Both the position numbers and the translations under genes were made by a program. Positions 63,119 to 64,000 of a DNA stretch of 64,000 nucleotides are shown here, piece after piece (within the stretch, counting starts at the first letter, position 1; the number at the start of each line of letters is the position of its first letter). The notes below the pieces were generated by a model that was not told the DNA's origin, did not search any database, and saw nothing but the letters and a program-made list of their open reading frames with translations. Origin of the DNA: Mobula hypostoma (lineage: Eukaryota); assembly GCF_963921235.1 (NCBI RefSeq), contig NC_086097.1:200200001-200264000 (forward strand). The letters run 5' to 3'.

Positions 63119-64000
63119 GCAAACAAGAGAAAATCTGCAGATGCTAGAAATCCAAGCAACACACACAAAGTGCTGGAGGGTCTCCGCAGGCCAGGTAGCA
63201 TCTATGGAAAATAGTACAGTTGGTGTTTTGGGCCAAGACTCTTCATCAGGACGGGGGATAAAAGATGAGTAGTCAAAGTAAGAAAGTAGGGGGATGGGAA
63301 GTAGAACCACAAGTTAATAGGTGAAACCTGTGGGGGGGGGGGGTGTGCAGAGGAGTGAAGGAAAGAGCTGGGAAGTTGATTGGTGAAAGAGAGATAGGGC
63401 TGGAGAAGGGGGAGTCCAATAGGAGAGGACAGAAGATTCAAGATTCAAAAAACTTTATTGTCATTCTAACCATACATCAGCTTTGCAGAGCAGAATGAGA
63501 CAGTGTTTCTCAGGGGCAGTGCAATCATAATGTAACAAATGCAACACTAAATAATAAACATAACAATAAATAGTAAAAACACAACAGCCACATCTCAGTT
63601 AAAGTCAGTTATAAGTGTCCAGTGCAAGTAAAAAGTGTCCAAAGCAGTCAGGTGGAGCAGCTATTTAGCAGTCTGACTGCCTGTGGGAGGAAGCTGTTCA
63701 GTAGCATTGTGGTTTTAGTTTTGATGCTCCTGTAACATTTGCCTGATGGCAGAAGAACAACCAGTTCATGGAGAGGGTGAAGGTTATGGAAGAAAGAAGA
63801 GGGAAGAGCACCAGACAGAGGTGATGGGCTGCTAAGGGGATAAGCTGAGAGAGGGAAAGGGGGATGGGGAATGGTGAAGGTGGGGTGGGGGCAATTACCG
63901 GAAGTTCAAGAATTGCTGTTCATGCAATCAGGTTGGAGGCCTACCCAGATGAAATATAAGGTTTTGTTCCTCCAATCTGAGTGTGGCCTCATCATGACAG
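63119..64000 (-). mobile_element. Penelope-like element 3' part, interrupted by a Rex1-type tail (about 63434-63780)
   Basis: Reverse strand encodes EATLRLEEQNLIFHLG (GIY-YIG C-terminus); polypyrimidine tract; CTGATGA hammerhead-like motif; ccagcat motifs. Confidence 0.8.

Noticed and set aside
1..64000. rRNA, tRNA, prokaryotic operons or contamination
   Set aside because: None seen; tRNA-like boxes belong to SINEs and the whole window has vertebrate repeat and intron structure.

Overview
This is a eukaryotic, transposon-dense window. The CR1/HER1-type LINE 3' UTRs, Penelope-derived short repeats and V-SINE/HE1-type SINEs point to a cartilaginous fish, probably a ray; this is an inference from repeat families. 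Most of the long ORFs in the track are decayed retroelement or transposon fragments: CR1, Rex1/Babar, RTE, L1, Penelope, Gypsy gag, Buster-type hAT, Tc1 and Helitron. Several are nested up to four levels deep with clear target-site duplications (TSDs). In the AT-rich unique sequence between repeats I can reconstruct by eye a minus-strand, multi-exon protein-coding gene spanning at least about 59.3 kb to 2.2-3.9 kb, which the ORF track largely misses. It includes a phase-consistent chain of short exons and candidate microexons of 10, 14, 19 and 20 nt. I do not recognise the protein. A possible terminal exon of a convergent plus-strand gene lies at 652-740. TE boundaries without TSDs are approximate (plus or minus tens of bp). 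All exon calls are manual and need RNA-seq or homology confirmation.
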